DNA of 63,851 bases, the filler included, from Vicugna vicugna (Eukaryota), in assembly GCA_013265495.1 (NCBI GenBank). It is 75 parts of 74 records of this genome, joined end to end, with 100 filler letters (N's around TTAATTAATTAA, not from the genome) between each part and the next. Parts side by side here need not be neighbours in the genome. Positions count along the whole stretch, not along the records: positions 1 to 758 come from PNXW01029669.1; positions 859 to 1,338 come from MU063532.1; positions 1,439 to 2,144 come from MU063533.1; positions 2,245 to 2,666 come from PNXW01029674.1; positions 2,767 to 3,456 come from PNXW01029675.1; positions 3,557 to 4,048 come from MU063534.1; positions 4,149 to 4,683 come from PNXW01029678.1; positions 4,784 to 5,500 come from PNXW01029679.1; 67 more parts are not named here. The stretch is one strand, 5' to 3'. Below are positions 1 through 12,393 of the stretch, one piece after another (the stretch's first letter is position 1; every line of letters begins with the position of its first letter). A program made the translations under genes and the position numbers. The notes beneath the pieces are model-generated. The model had not been told where the DNA came from. It worked only from the letters and a program-made list of their open reading frames with translations, and did not search any database.

Positions 1-758
1 CTAGATGAAATTATTCCTTTTATAGAGGATGAAAGATTATTAATCGATATGCACTCAACTCAAAATGAATGTTTGTCAAATCCGTCATATATGTAGCATG
101 TAAGGAACACGGAATATCATGTAGATGGAATCTATTGAAATTACATATCTCTAGGGTAGAATTCGCTCCAAGAGGGTTTTTTTGGGATCAAAGTTTGATT
201 CTTGAAACTGGTGATAGGCAGAAACTACGAAGTAAAAATAAATATATCAAAGTGCATATGTAACATTTTGGGTGTTTGAAACTGCAGTCAGGCGCATGTT
301 CACAACTCAGAAATTGAAGCTTGAGGAATCCTTGATGCATGAATCATGTTCGTAATACGGAATGCATTGGTTATGTAAACAATGTAAATTACATGTGTAT
401 TTGTGAGAATTCGCTCAAAGAGTGTTTTCTGGTGCCAAATGTCCGATTTTAGAACCTGGTGATAGAAAAAACTATGAACTCAGAGTAAATATGTCTAAGT
501 CTATATACGCCTTGTTCGGAGGATGAAAGGTCAGTAATCCACATGCTCACAAGTCAGAAACGCATGATTGCCGAATCCGTCATGCATGTAGCATGTACGG
601 AACCCGGAATACCATGTTGTTGGAATTCATGTAAATTACATATCTGTTAGATTGAAATCGCTCCATAATTATAATTGATTTTCTGTGAATAAAGCACGAA
701 TTCGAAACTGGTTTTTGGGAAAGCTTGTGAAAATCTGTACACGTGTCTAGATGAAAAT
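1..758 (+). repeat. Satellite B (~740-bp trimer of ~247-bp AT-rich subunits)
   Basis: CTAGATGAAA recurs at 1 and 747. Three related subunits contain CATG..CACAA(C/G)TCAGAAA-like motifs. Confidence 0.93.
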
Positions 759-858
759 NNNNNNNNNNNNNNNNNNNNNNNNNNNNNNNNNNNNNNNNNN
801 NNTTAATTAATTAANNNNNNNNNNNNNNNNNNNNNNNNNNNNNNNNNNNNNNNNNNNN
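759..858. other. Artificial scaffold-joining spacer (N44-TTAATTAATTAA-N44), first of ~74 copies in the window
   Basis: The identical 100-bp unit recurs throughout (12-mer cores at 803, 1383, 2189 ... 63678). TTAATTAATTAA places stop codons in all six frames. Confidence 0.98.
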
Positions 859-2540
859 ACGCTGTCTAAGGCATCGTCCTCATCTGACGCACACGTTCTT
901 TAGATGTGTAATATGCTGATTTACAGGACAAGCTGGTTTGGATTCCCAAGGTCACAGGCAGCCTTCTGCCTGACTTTGGTGTATATATGTTCATTGAAGG
1001 GTCCTCTCTCAGATCATCTAGAGCTGCCTAGTGTGTGGTTTGCCAGAGAATGTGGGTGCAGTGCTCCCNNNNNNNNNNNNNNNNNNNNNNNNNNNNNNNN
1101 NNNNNNNNNNNNNNNNNNNNNNNNNNNNNNNNNNNNNNNNNNNNNNNNNNNNNNNNNNNNNNNNNNNNNNNNNNNNNNNNNNNNNNNNNNNNNNNNNNNN
1201 NNNNNNNNNNNNNNNNNNNNNNNNNNNNNNNNNNNNNNNNNNCAAAACATGGATGTACTGGGCTATGTCTTTCATGGACCCTGCAAAATTCTTGGCGTTG
1301 TGAAATGGGGAACTAAGGAACTCCCACCCATGCCTGTANNNNNNNNNNNNNNNNNNNNNNNNNNNNNNNNNNNNNNNNNNNNTTAATTAATTAANNNNNN
1401 NNNNNNNNNNNNNNNNNNNNNNNNNNNNNNNNNNNNNNGATCACCATAATAGGAGCCCTTAAAGTGCCTGATGAGGACCTGCACGGTCTGGTCTCCTTCC
1501 ATCTCTGACCTCATCTCCCGTCTCACTATTCCCCCTCTTACTCTTTTGCTGTCTTACTGTCACCTTGCTGAACTGTGCAATTAGACACTTCCTGACCACA
1601 TTATTTAATAATAAACCCTGTGTCCCCACTCAAGCACTTTCCATCCTCTTTTTTGCTTTTTTCCCTGTCACCAATTAACTTGCTATATATTGTAATAATA
1701 ATAATAACAATAATAANNNNNNNNNNNNNNNNNNNNNNNNNNNNNNNNNNNNNNNNNNNNNNNNNNNNNNNNNNNNNNNNNNNNNNNNNNNNNNNNNNNN
1801 NNNNNNNNNNNNNNNNNNNNNNNNNNNNNNNNNNNNNNNNNNNNNNNNNNNNNNNNNNNNTAATCAACTTTGGGGAAAAAAGCTATTTATGAAATTGCTC
1901 TTTCAATACTGTTTTATGAAAAGCTTAATATCTACTCTGAAAATACCACAATATTCCTTTAATGGTCCCTTTACAAACCTGAGTAATGTTTAGCCTATCT
2001 GCTTAGTTTCCTAAAGCTGAAGATTTTAAATAAGTGGCTTTGAAGCTTGCTGTTATTGTTGGATGTTTCCTTGTTTTCCAGAAGGAGTCTGGTGAGGGGT
2101 TTTTCTTTATTATATTCCATGTTTTTTAAAAATGCAATAAAAACNNNNNNNNNNNNNNNNNNNNNNNNNNNNNNNNNNNNNNNNNNNNTTAATTAATTAA
2201 NNNNNNNNNNNNNNNNNNNNNNNNNNNNNNNNNNNNNNNNNNNNGTAACTACTAAACAGCTTAGAAAATATAAAAGCATTTAATTGTGCCGTTGGTTTAC
2301 ATAATTATTAACATTCAGACTCTTGCTTAAAGAGAATTTAAACAATTTTTTTAAACACAGCTTAACAACCAAAACAACAGAAAGGCAAAACTGAGAGTGA
2401 AGAGAAAATTGAGATTCAATAGTTAAATGAAACCTTGGGGAGATAAACTCATAAAAATGGATTCCATGAAGTCAGGGCAAATGTTAAAGGAATTCAGCTG
2501 TAAGATTCTTGGCAGCTAAAGATAAAAAGAAAAAGATGAT

Positions 2541-2666
2541 GGGGCGGGAGGTAGAGCGTGTGCTTAGCGTGCAAGGGGTGCTGGATTTAAGCCCCAAGGC
2601 CTCCACTAACAGATAAATACATCTAATGAACTCCCCGCCAAAACAGCCCCAAAGAAAAGAAAAAGA
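2541..2666 (+). mobile_element. tRNA-derived SINE, Vic-1-like, degenerate
   Basis: GGTAGAGCGTGTGCTTAGC...CTGGATTTAAGCCCC...ATAAATACATCTAATGAACTCCCC matches the copy at 4390. A-rich AAAAGAAAAAGA flanks on both sides (TSD-like). Confidence 0.75.
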
Positions 2667-3556
2667 NNNNNNNNNNNNNNNNNNNNNNNNNNNNNNNNNN
2701 NNNNNNNNNNTTAATTAATTAANNNNNNNNNNNNNNNNNNNNNNNNNNNNNNNNNNNNNNNNNNNNGAGGGGATTCATGGAGGTATTTTCAAGAAGAAAG
2801 TGCATTTGGGCCCAGAGGGAGCTCAGCCCCTCGGGCTGATGACAGCTGCACATGCTCTCTGTGGCTCAGTATTCCAGCTGCATTTGCAGCATCTTCAGGA
2901 TTTCGGAAACAGCGGGAGCTGCAGGTGCTTTTGTAGCAGCAGGAGCTTCGGGACCGTCAGGAGAAGCAGGAGCTACTGTAGTGGCAGGAGCCACTGAATC
3001 TTCATGAGCAACGTTAGCTCAGGCCAGAAGTTGAGTAGGGAATCCTGTGCCGTGTTTGTCTGCTCATTGTGACCTCGTGGCCCCTTATAGTGGACGTGGC
3101 AGTCGGGGTGTTCAGGAATATTCAAAGCATGAGGTTGCTGTTTAAATCTGAGGGGCCACAGCCAGTCTAAGGTTAGGACGCTGCTGCCATCAGCTAGTGA
3201 GTAAGCGATCGGCACTTCCAAACTCCCACGGGCGCTGAATTCGCGTCTAACTGAGTGAGATCGTGACTGAGCCTCTGGGCGAGAGCCCAGCCTGGCCGTG
3301 TCGGGACATCAGATCCGCAGAGCCATGGGACACACCACGAGTATTGGCAAAGCCATGGAACGTGTGGCCAGCTGTTACCGCTGCCGTGGGAAGCCTTTGG
3401 GTCTTTGGCTTTGCTTAGACAGCGAGGTTCCCCTTTGTGAGCAGCACCTCCTCCATNNNNNNNNNNNNNNNNNNNNNNNNNNNNNNNNNNNNNNNNNNNN
3501 TTAATTAATTAANNNNNNNNNNNNNNNNNNNNNNNNNNNNNNNNNNNNNNNNNNNN

Positions 3557-4048
3557 CGTTGGTGGAACCTCCCCACGCTCAGGATTTAGGAAACATTGTC
3601 ATTTCGTTGGGGAAGCTCCAGAGACAACTCCACTCAGCTCTCTTCATTCACAGGTGTTCCCTGTTCGGGGAAGTCCGGGAAATATCTTCCCTGAACTTGG
3701 GGAGGCAGACTCGGTCACTGGGATTGCCTGCAATNNNNNNNNNNNNNNNNNNNNNNNNNNNNNNNNNNNNNNNNNNNNNNNNNNNNNNNNNNNNNNNNNN
3801 NNNNNNNNNNNNNNNNNNNNNNNNNNNNNNNNNNNNNNNNNNNNNNNNNNNNNNNNNNNNNNNNNNNNNNNNNNNNNNNNNNNNNNNNNNNNNAGCTCTC
3901 TTCAGTCACAGGTGTTCCCTGTTCGGGGAAGTCCGGGAAATAACTTCACTGAACTTGGGGAGGCAGCCTCGGTCACAGGGATATCCTGCAATCACCCCTT
4001 ACATTCCCTGTCACAGAGACATTAGGAAAACCCGCAGGTGAGACGAAC
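3557..4048 (+). repeat. Satellite A (267-bp monomer)
   Basis: Matches the monomer CGTTGGTGGAACCTCCCCACGCTCAGGATT...GTTCGGGGAAGTCCG seen in 8 scaffolds. Confidence 0.95.
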
Positions 4049-4389
4049 NNNNNNNNNNNNNNNNNNNNNNNNNNNNNNNNNNNNNNNNNNNNTTAATTAA
4101 TTAANNNNNNNNNNNNNNNNNNNNNNNNNNNNNNNNNNNNNNNNNNNNGAATTTTTTATTTTAAATTTTATCTCAAAATTTTAATCTCCTAGAACTTTTT
4201 AATGTTTTCAATAATTCACTCAACAAATACTTACAGAGTAACTACCACATACAGGTGATATGGATATAACAGTGAAGAAAGACAAAAACCTCTGCCCTTA
4301 AGAGCTTATTTATTCTCTACTTCCTTTTTTCTTTTTTTTTCAAATTAACTTGATTGAGGTGTAGTTAACATGCAATAAAATGAACCTAA

Positions 4390-4630
4390 GGAGGAGGGTA
4401 TAGCTCAGTGGTAGAGTGTGTGCTTAGCATCCTGGGTTCAATCCCCAATACCTCTATTAAAATAAATAAGTAAATAAATAAACCTAATTGCTTCCCCTGA
4501 AAACAATAAATAAATTTTAAAACTATTTTTTAAATAAATAAATAAAAAATAAATAAATAAAACCTAATTACCTCCCCCTGCAAAAGACAAACAAAAGTAA
4601 AACCTCAATAAACAAAAACAAATTTAAAAA
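4390..4630 (+). mobile_element. tRNA-derived SINE (camelid Vic-1-like)
   Basis: GGAGGGTATAGCTCAGTGGTAGAG (A box) and GGGTTCAATCCC (B box), then an AATAAATAAACCTAATT(A/G)C.TCCCC tail present twice. Flanked by an AATAAA..GAACCTA direct repeat. Confidence 0.85.
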
Positions 4631-5600
4631 AATAAAGGGAACCTATTTAAGTAGGTTAAAATTTGACAAATTAATACACCCATNNNNNNNNNNNNNNNNN
4701 NNNNNNNNNNNNNNNNNNNNNNNNNNNTTAATTAATTAANNNNNNNNNNNNNNNNNNNNNNNNNNNNNNNNNNNNNNNNNNNNGACCGACTACTAACAAA
4801 CGAGAAATCAATATCCACGTCGCCTTCAGGCCACTGGAGCTCTGGAATGAATTTGGTTCCGGGAAATCTAAATGGTTCTGTGGCTGTGGATGCCAGTTAC
4901 AACGTCATTGGACAAAAAGACTCAGAGTGGAGGGGACGGGTACTGATAAAAAAAAAAGGCCCAAGAAATGGGAGTATCCACTGAAGCAAATGTCAGCTTC
5001 ATGTCAGAGTGGAAATGAGGGCCCTGAGCCTTCTCATCAGTAAGAACTCCAGGGGGCTGCACTCTGACGTGGGCTTTGACGGGAAGGTGGACCCTGAAAA
5101 CTCACTAAGCATTCCAGAGAAAGATTTTTCATTTCTTACTTTATGAAATTCTAAAGGTAGTAGGAATATGGGTAATTTTTGTCTGGTATTTTTCAATGTT
5201 GTGTTAATTTCAAAGAAAGCAAACCCTACATAGACCCACATACATACATACATATATACATGCTTACATCTTCCTGATCACTAAGCCGTGTGTTAGTTAC
5301 ATTCCTAAAATTTTAGCCAAAGGAGGACCATCCTTGTAGCTCAAAGTTTGGTTCCTGTTTGTAAATAAAGCTTCTCTCTCTCTCCAAATAAACGCTATTA
5401 CAAGCATTTGCCTGGAAGGGGAAGGTTAGAGTAGTAAGACGGCCAGAGGTGGTGACCTGTTCTAGGGAGAAAGTGAGAGAGACCATCGTGGAGGGAGAGA
5501 NNNNNNNNNNNNNNNNNNNNNNNNNNNNNNNNNNNNNNNNNNNNTTAATTAATTAANNNNNNNNNNNNNNNNNNNNNNNNNNNNNNNNNNNNNNNNNNNN

Positions 5601-6311
5601 TTTCTCATCCACTGAGTTTTCTGATATTATTTGGCTCGTCTTAAGTCTTTCTCTTCCCCTTTTCTGGTATTCTGCCTTTTGAGGTACTGAGACACTGTTG
5701 TTCTTCAGTGTTTCCCTCACCTCCATTTTCAATACTTGCTCTGGAGAGTGTTTTGCAGTCTAGATGTCTGAAAGCTTATCTTTATGGCCTTCAATCACTT
5801 TGGAACTGAAAATGGTATTTCCTTTTCCTTTTACTGTATTTCTTCATCTCTATTGGTCAGGTAATTTCAGGTATCTAAAGTAGAATTCTAGGGCTTTGTT
5901 AAGTGAATACTTTAGACTCTTGGCTCTACACAATTGCATGGGATTTCTGTGAGGACAAATTTTCCTAGACATTGATGCCATGTCCTGTTCCTGTGTGTGT
6001 TGTCTGGTCTATCTCCAATTGCTGGTGTTGCCTTTGTTGTGATGAAAACCACATACTATTTCGATTAGGATAACCTCATTTTGATTACGCATATCTCACA
6101 AATCTGAAAGAGCACAGGACACTTTCTCTGGTGGAAATGGAGCTTCAAAAAAAAGCTTCTCAGCTCTGCATTCTACTCTATGTAATTTTGGAGTTTTTCC
6201 AGAAGCGCAGAGTGTGAGTGCGCTTGTGCTTTGAATTGCCACGGGAATGTCCCACTGAAACAAGTCCTTCCAAGAGCTTCTCTGTCTGCAGAAACACCAG
6301 TGGAAGCATAT
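5601..6311 (-). mobile_element. Decayed L1 ORF1/5' region, multi-copy unit
   Basis: Near-identical to 52207-52435 and 49440-49945. The minus strand resembles decayed L1 ORF1 coiled-coil/RRM codons. Confidence 0.7.
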
Positions 6312-6411
6312 NNNNNNNNNNNNNNNNNNNNNNNNNNNNNNNNNNNNNNNNNNNNTTAATTAATTAANNNNNNNNNNNNNNNNNNNNNNNNNNNNNNNNN
6401 NNNNNNNNNNN

Positions 6412-7274
6412 AAAACCAAGTTGGAGCTTATTCTTCCCTATATATATGTATGGAGTTGTGTTTGCAACTGAAAGAAACTTTGTGTTCCCATCAAGCTAGG
6501 TGAAGGACAGCTTTCACACACTTATCTCTCAGAACTGAGCATGTAGAGAGACGTTCGTTCATCCAGCACAAAGGGATCGGGTTGCAGGAGAAACCCTTAC
6601 TCTGATTTCTCAGTCTGTTTCCTAGTGCCGGTTTGAAGTGCCTGCCGTTTTCACTGTAAAACCGAGNNNNNNNNNNNNNNNNNNNNNNNNNNNNNNNNNN
6701 NNNNNNNNNNNNNNNNNNNNNNNNNNNNNNNNNNNNNNNNNNNNNNNNNNNNNNNNNNNNNNNNNNNNNNNNNNNNNNNNNNNNNNNNNNNNNNNNNNNN
6801 NNNNNNNNNNNNNNNNNNNNNNNNNNNNNNNNNNNNNNNNNNNNNNNNNNNNNNNNNNNNNNNNNNNNNNNNNNNNNNNNNNNNNNNNNNNNNNNNNNNN
6901 NNNNNNNNNNNNNNNNNNNNNNNNNNNNNNNNNNNNNNNNNNNNNNNNNNNNNNNNNNNNNNNNNNNNTTGCAACTGAAAGAAACTTTGTGTTCCCTTCA
7001 AGCTAGGTGAAGTACGGCTTTCACACACAGTTAACTCTCAGAAATGAGCATATGGATAGACGTTCGTTCATCCAGCAAAAAGGGAACGGGTTGCAGGAGA
7101 AACCCTTACTCTGGTTTCTCAATCTGTTTCCTAGTGCCGGTTTCAAGTGCCTGCCGTTTTCACTGTAAAACGAGTTGGAGCTTATTCCTCCCTATATATA
7201 TATATGGAGTGGAATTTGCAACTGAAAGTAACTTTGTGTTCCATTGAAGCTAGGTGAAGGACGGCATTCACACA
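6412..7274 (+). repeat. Satellite D (~248-bp monomer)
   Basis: TTGCAACTGAAAG recurs at 6462, 6969 and 7217 (last spacing 248). Same family as 13202-14020. Confidence 0.9.
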
Positions 7275-7374
7275 NNNNNNNNNNNNNNNNNNNNNNNNNN
7301 NNNNNNNNNNNNNNNNNNTTAATTAATTAANNNNNNNNNNNNNNNNNNNNNNNNNNNNNNNNNNNNNNNNNNNN

Positions 7375-8901
7375 CCCACGCACAGACAATGGTTCCAGAA
7401 TCCTGAGCGTGGGGAGGTTACACCAACGATCGGCAGCCACTTTGTTCTAACGGAATACCTAATTCGGCTCCCCTGAGGGTTTTCCTAATATTTCTCTGCC
7501 AGGGAATGCTAGGGGTGATTGCAGGATATCTCAGTGACTGAGGCTGCCTCCCCAAGATCAGGGAAGGTATTTCTCGGACTTCCCCGAACAGGGAACACCT
7601 GTGACTGAAGAGAGCTGCGTGGAGTTGTCCCTCGAGGTCCCGCAAGCACTGACAATGGTTCCGGAATCCTGAGCGTCGGGAGGTTCCACCAACGGTCGGC
7701 AGCGCGTGGGTTCTAAGGGAATGCATAAGCTCGTCTCCCCTGAAGGTTTNNNNNNNNNNNNNNNNNNNNNNNNNNNNNNNNNNNNNNNNNNNNNNNNNNN
7801 NNNNNNNNNNNNNNNNNNNNNNNNNNNNNNNNNNNNNNNNNNNNNNNNNNNNNNNNNNNNNNNNNNNNNNNNNNNNNNNNNNNNNNNNNNNNNNNNNNNN
7901 NNNNNNNNNNNNNNNNNNNNNNNNNNNNNNNNNNNNNNNNNNNNNNNNNNNNNNNNNNNNNNNNNNNNNNNNNNNNNNNNNNNNNNNNNNNNNNNNNNNN
8001 NNNNNNNNNNNNNNNNNNNNNNNNNNNNNNNNNNNNNNNNNNNNNNNNNNNNNNNNNNNNNNNNNNNNNNNNNNNNNNNNNNNNNNNNNNNNNNNNNNNN
8101 NNNNNNNNNNNNNNNNNNNNNNNNNNNNNNNNNNNNNNNNNNNNNNNNNNNNNNNNNNNNNNNNNNNNNNNNNNNNNNNNNNNNNNNNNNNNNNNNNNNN
8201 NNNNNNNNNNNNNNNNNNNNNNNNNNNNNNNNNNNNNNNNNNNNNNNNNNNNNNNNNNNNNNNNNNNNNNNNNNNNNNNNNNNNNNNNNNNNNNNNNNNN
8301 NNNNNNNNNNNNNNNNNNNNNNNNNNNNNNNNNNNNNNNNNNNNNNNNNNNNNNNNNNNNNNNNNNNNNNNNNNNNNNNNNNNNNNNNNNNNNNNNNNNN
8401 NNNNNNNNNNNNNNNNNNNNNNNNNNNNNNNNNNNNNNNNNNNNNNNNNNNNNNNNNNNNNNNNNNNNNNNNNNNNNNNNNNNNNNNNNNNNNNNNNNNN
8501 NNNNNNNNNNNNNNNNNNNNNNNNNNNNNNNNNNNNNNNNNNNNNNNNNNNNNNNNNNNNNNNNNNNNNNNNNNNNNNNNNNNNNNNNNNNNNNNNNNNN
8601 NNNNNNNNNNNNNNNNNNNNACAGGGAACACCTGTGACTGAAGAGAGCTGCGTGGAGTTGTCTCTCGAGCTCCCCCACGCACTGACAATGGTTCCGGAAT
8701 CCTGAGCGTGGGGAGGTTCCACCAACGGTCGGCAGCGCGTGGGGTCTAACGTAATGCCTAAGCTCGTCTCCCCTGAGGGTTTTCCTAATGTCTCTGTGCG
8801 AGGGAATCCTAGGGGTTATTGCAGGATATCCCAGTGACCAAGGCTGCCTCCTCAATGTAAGGGAAGTTATTTCACGGACTTCCCCGAACAGGGAACACCT
8901 G
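7375..8901 (-). repeat. Satellite A (267-bp), reverse orientation
   Basis: Reverse complement of the A monomer on both sides of the internal gap. Confidence 0.95.
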
Positions 8902-9384
8902 NNNNNNNNNNNNNNNNNNNNNNNNNNNNNNNNNNNNNNNNNNNNTTAATTAATTAANNNNNNNNNNNNNNNNNNNNNNNNNNNNNNNNNNNNNNNNNNN
9001 NTCAACATGCAAGCAATCAATCCAAAACCAGTTTTTAAATCCCAATGCTATCCCCAGGAGCTTGCTGCTGCAGGCATACACGGATATACAATGGCTTTAA
9101 AGAGGTAATTAACAGATAATGAGATGCAATTGACCTGGTGAAAGAGTAGAGAGTAAGTAACAGGATCGACAGGATCCTGTCTCCCGGTTTTGGCCAGGTG
9201 ATCCTGGAGAGCTAGAACTATTTTTATCCTTCTCTGCAGTTAAGAAACAAAATGTGCTGTGTGTCTGTTTTATGCTAGTTTGTGGGACATAAAGATGAGT
9301 TAGTAAATAATGTCACCTCAACAGAAACTATTTCTTGACACACAAAAAATCATAATTATATAAAATTATATAAACTAAAATAGC

Positions 9385-9559
9385 CACTAATAAATATTTT
9401 TGAAACAGTCATATTCATTAGCTTCTGTGTTGTCTATGGCTACTTTCACACTACAGCTACTGAGTTGAATAGTTGCAATAGAGACCCTATGGACTGCAAA
9501 TTCCAAACATAAAAAATATTTAGTATCTGGCCCTTTATAGGAAAAGTTTGCTGACCTTG
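9385..9559 (-). mobile_element. MER58A-like hAT-Charlie DNA transposon fossil
   Basis: Minus strand reads CAAGGTCAGCAAACTTTTCCTATAAAGGGCCAGATACTAAATATTTT...GGTCTCTATTGCAACTATTCAACTC, matching the MER58A 5' end as recalled. Confidence 0.8.
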
Positions 9560-9946
9560 CTTTAAAGAGACTAGGCAAATATTAAAATTTTCTTAAAACA
9601 TTGACCTAATAAGAATTGTGATAATGATGATGCAGAGAAAGTGGAGCATCAAGATCATGATTTTGATTACTTTGATTTTTTTTACCTGTCTCCGGGCATG
9701 GACCGTTTCTTGGGCGGACTGCTTCAGGAAGAAGCACATCCAATCAGTTATATAGTGATCCCTATTAATTCCATTTCTGGATTCATACTTTTTCATCATT
9801 CATAGTCATTTCTAATGTTTTAATATGCCATGTATTAGTTGGGTGANNNNNNNNNNNNNNNNNNNNNNNNNNNNNNNNNNNNNNNNNNNNTTAATTAATT
9901 AANNNNNNNNNNNNNNNNNNNNNNNNNNNNNNNNNNNNNNNNNNNN

Positions 9947-10741
9947 ATGAAGTCAGAGTAAATGTTTCTAAGTGTATATACGCCTTGTTTGATGGATGAA
10001 AGATCAGTAACCAACATACTAACAAGACAGAAACTCATGATTGCCGGATCCGTCATGCATGTAATATGTACGGAACCCGGAATGCCATGTTGATGGTGTT
10101 CATGTAAATTACATACCTATTACGTAGAAATCGCTCCAGAACAATTTTTCTGTCAAAAATGCACGAATTCGAAACTTGTGTTAGGGAAAGCNNNNNNNNN
10201 NNNNNNNNNNNNNNNNNNNNNNNNNNNNNNNNNNNNNNNNNNNNNNNNNNNNNNNNNNNNNNNNNNNNNNNNNNNNNNNNNNNNNNNNNNNNNNNNNNNN
10301 NNNNNNNNNNNNNNNNNNNNNNNNNNNNNNNNNNNNNNNNNNNNNNNNNNNNNNNNNNNNNNNNNNNNNNNNNNNNNNNNNNNNNNNNNNNNNNNNNNNN
10401 NTTGAAACTGGTGATAGGAAGAAGCTACGAAGTCAAAGTAAATATTTCAGAGTGCATTGGTAACTTGTTTGGTGGTTGAAACATCAGCCATGCGCATGTT
10501 CACAACTCAGAAATGCATGTTTGAGGAATCCCTGATGCATGAAACATGTTCGTAGTATGGAATGCCATGGTTATTTAAACAATGCAAATTACATGTGTAT
10601 TGGTGAGATTTCGCTCAAAGAGTGTTTTCTGGTGCCAAATGTCCGATTTTAGAACCTGGTGATAGGAAAAACCTATGAAGTCAGAGTGAATACGTCTAAG
10701 TATATATACGCCTGGTTCGGAGGATGAAAGGTCAGTAATCC
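9947..10741 (+). repeat. Satellite B
   Basis: Same subunits as 1-758 (GGAACCCGGAATGCCATGTTG; GTGTATTGGTGAGA.TTCGCTCAAAG). Confidence 0.93.
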
Positions 10742-10841
10742 NNNNNNNNNNNNNNNNNNNNNNNNNNNNNNNNNNNNNNNNNNNNTTAATTAATTAANNN
10801 NNNNNNNNNNNNNNNNNNNNNNNNNNNNNNNNNNNNNNNNN

Positions 10842-11322
10842 TTCAGTAATCCTGAGTTTGTGGAGGCTGCTGCAACTGACAGCAGTACCTGGGTTCTAAT
10901 AAAATAATTTAGTAGGTATTCACTGTGTTTCCCTAGGCCTGGCTGTAAGCTAAAGCTTGGGGCTAGGCTTGGAGGCCAAGTACAAGCTAGCGTCCCCTGA
11001 TTGACTGAAGAGATACCAAGAGGACATCTCCCTAAAGGGGAAAACCTGTGCCTACGTAAATCTGCGTGGTGTGGGGCCCCACATATCCCCCCCACTCAAG
11101 GCTGAGTTCCAGATTCCTGAGTGTGGGGAAATTCTTCCAACTGAAAGCAGCGCCTGGATCCTTTAGCTAGTCTTCTCTGATGGTTTGCCTAGGCCGGAGT
11201 TCAGGGGGAAGAGGGGTTTGGGCTCTATAACCAAGTATTATACAGTGCCTCTCCATGGGAACTGGTAGTGTTTAACTGGCAACCAACAACCTGCGAATAC
11301 CTGTGCCCCCAGAAAGATGCGT
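10842..11322 (-). repeat. Satellite C (diverged ~266-bp relative of A)
   Basis: CAACTGA(C/A)AGCAG..CCTGG motif occurs twice about 265 bp apart. Strand is given relative to satellite A. Confidence 0.88.
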
Positions 11323-11422
11323 NNNNNNNNNNNNNNNNNNNNNNNNNNNNNNNNNNNNNNNNNNNNTTAATTAATTAANNNNNNNNNNNNNNNNNNNNNN
11401 NNNNNNNNNNNNNNNNNNNNNN

Positions 11423-12293
11423 GGTATTCTGAGTGTGGGGAGTTTCCTCAAACTAACAGCAGCACCTAGGTTCTATTAATATCCCTTATCTTCTGTTCCC
11501 TGAGTGTTCTTTTAGGACAGGCCATGAGGGAAAGCTGGGGGTTGGGCTTGGTGTCCACGTAGCAGTGAGTGCCACGTGATCCATTGAGGAAGTACTTAGA
11601 GGTCTTCTCCCTAAACGGAACACCTTTTCCTCCATTCATCTGGGTGGAGTGGGGCTGCACATCTCTCCCACACCTAAGAATGTGTTCTGGAATTATGAGT
11701 GCAGGGAAGTTCCTCCAACTGAGAGCAGCGCCTTGGTTCTAATTGAATCCCTTTGCTTGTCTTCCCTGATGGAAAGCCTAGGCGGGAGTGTGGGGCAAAG
11801 TGTGGTTTGGGCTCCAAATCCAAGTATTTGCGATGACCTCTCTATGGTTTGTGGAGGTGTTTAAACTACATCCCTAACCTGGGAAAAACTGTGCCCCCAT
11901 AAAGATCCGTGGAGTCAGTTTCCACAACTCCAGCACACACACGAACACTTGCACAGTTATCCTGAGAGTGGGCAGCCTCCTCCAACTGAGAGCAGGGCCT
12001 TGTTTCTTATAAAAACGCGTAACTTGTCTACAGTGTTTGGTTGCCTGATACGGAGTGCTGGGGAAAGGGTGGGTTGGGCTCTAATCCAAGTATTAGCGAG
12101 TGCTTCTCCATGGGATTTGGAGGTTATTAACCAAAACCCCACAACATGGGAATACCTGTGCTCCTTGAAGAAAGCGTGGACTCTGTATCCCCACCAGCAG
12201 AACACACATGAAGAAGTTTTCTGCTATCCTGAGTGTGGGCTGGCAAAGATTTCAGGTGACAGAAGCGGCTGGGTTCTAATAGAATCCATTAGC
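11423..12293 (-). repeat. Satellite C
   Basis: Monomer anchors at ~11447, 11713, 11978 and ~12250 (265-270-bp spacing). Confidence 0.9.
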
Positions 12294-12393
12294 NNNNNNN
12301 NNNNNNNNNNNNNNNNNNNNNNNNNNNNNNNNNNNNNTTAATTAATTAANNNNNNNNNNNNNNNNNNNNNNNNNNNNNNNNNNNNNNNNNNNN

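Noticed and set aside
803..814. Recurrent TTAATTAATTAA palindrome as a CRISPR-like repeat or regulatory array
   Set aside because: It is always centred in exactly 44+44 Ns, so it is an artificial six-frame-stop linker.
4395..4460. tRNA gene
   Set aside because: It has A and B boxes but a deleted middle, an AT-rich tail and TSD-like flanks, so it is a SINE head.
7418..8855. Long ORFs (300-435 aa) here and at 51293-53870, 55314-56279 and elsewhere
   Set aside because: They consist mostly of X from N gaps, flanked by satellite or L1 sequence.
9686..9725. Possible minus-strand micro-exon; similar AG/GT-bounded candidates near 20843, 23195 and 51134
   Set aside because: The translations match nothing I recognise, and such splice-like signals arise often by chance.
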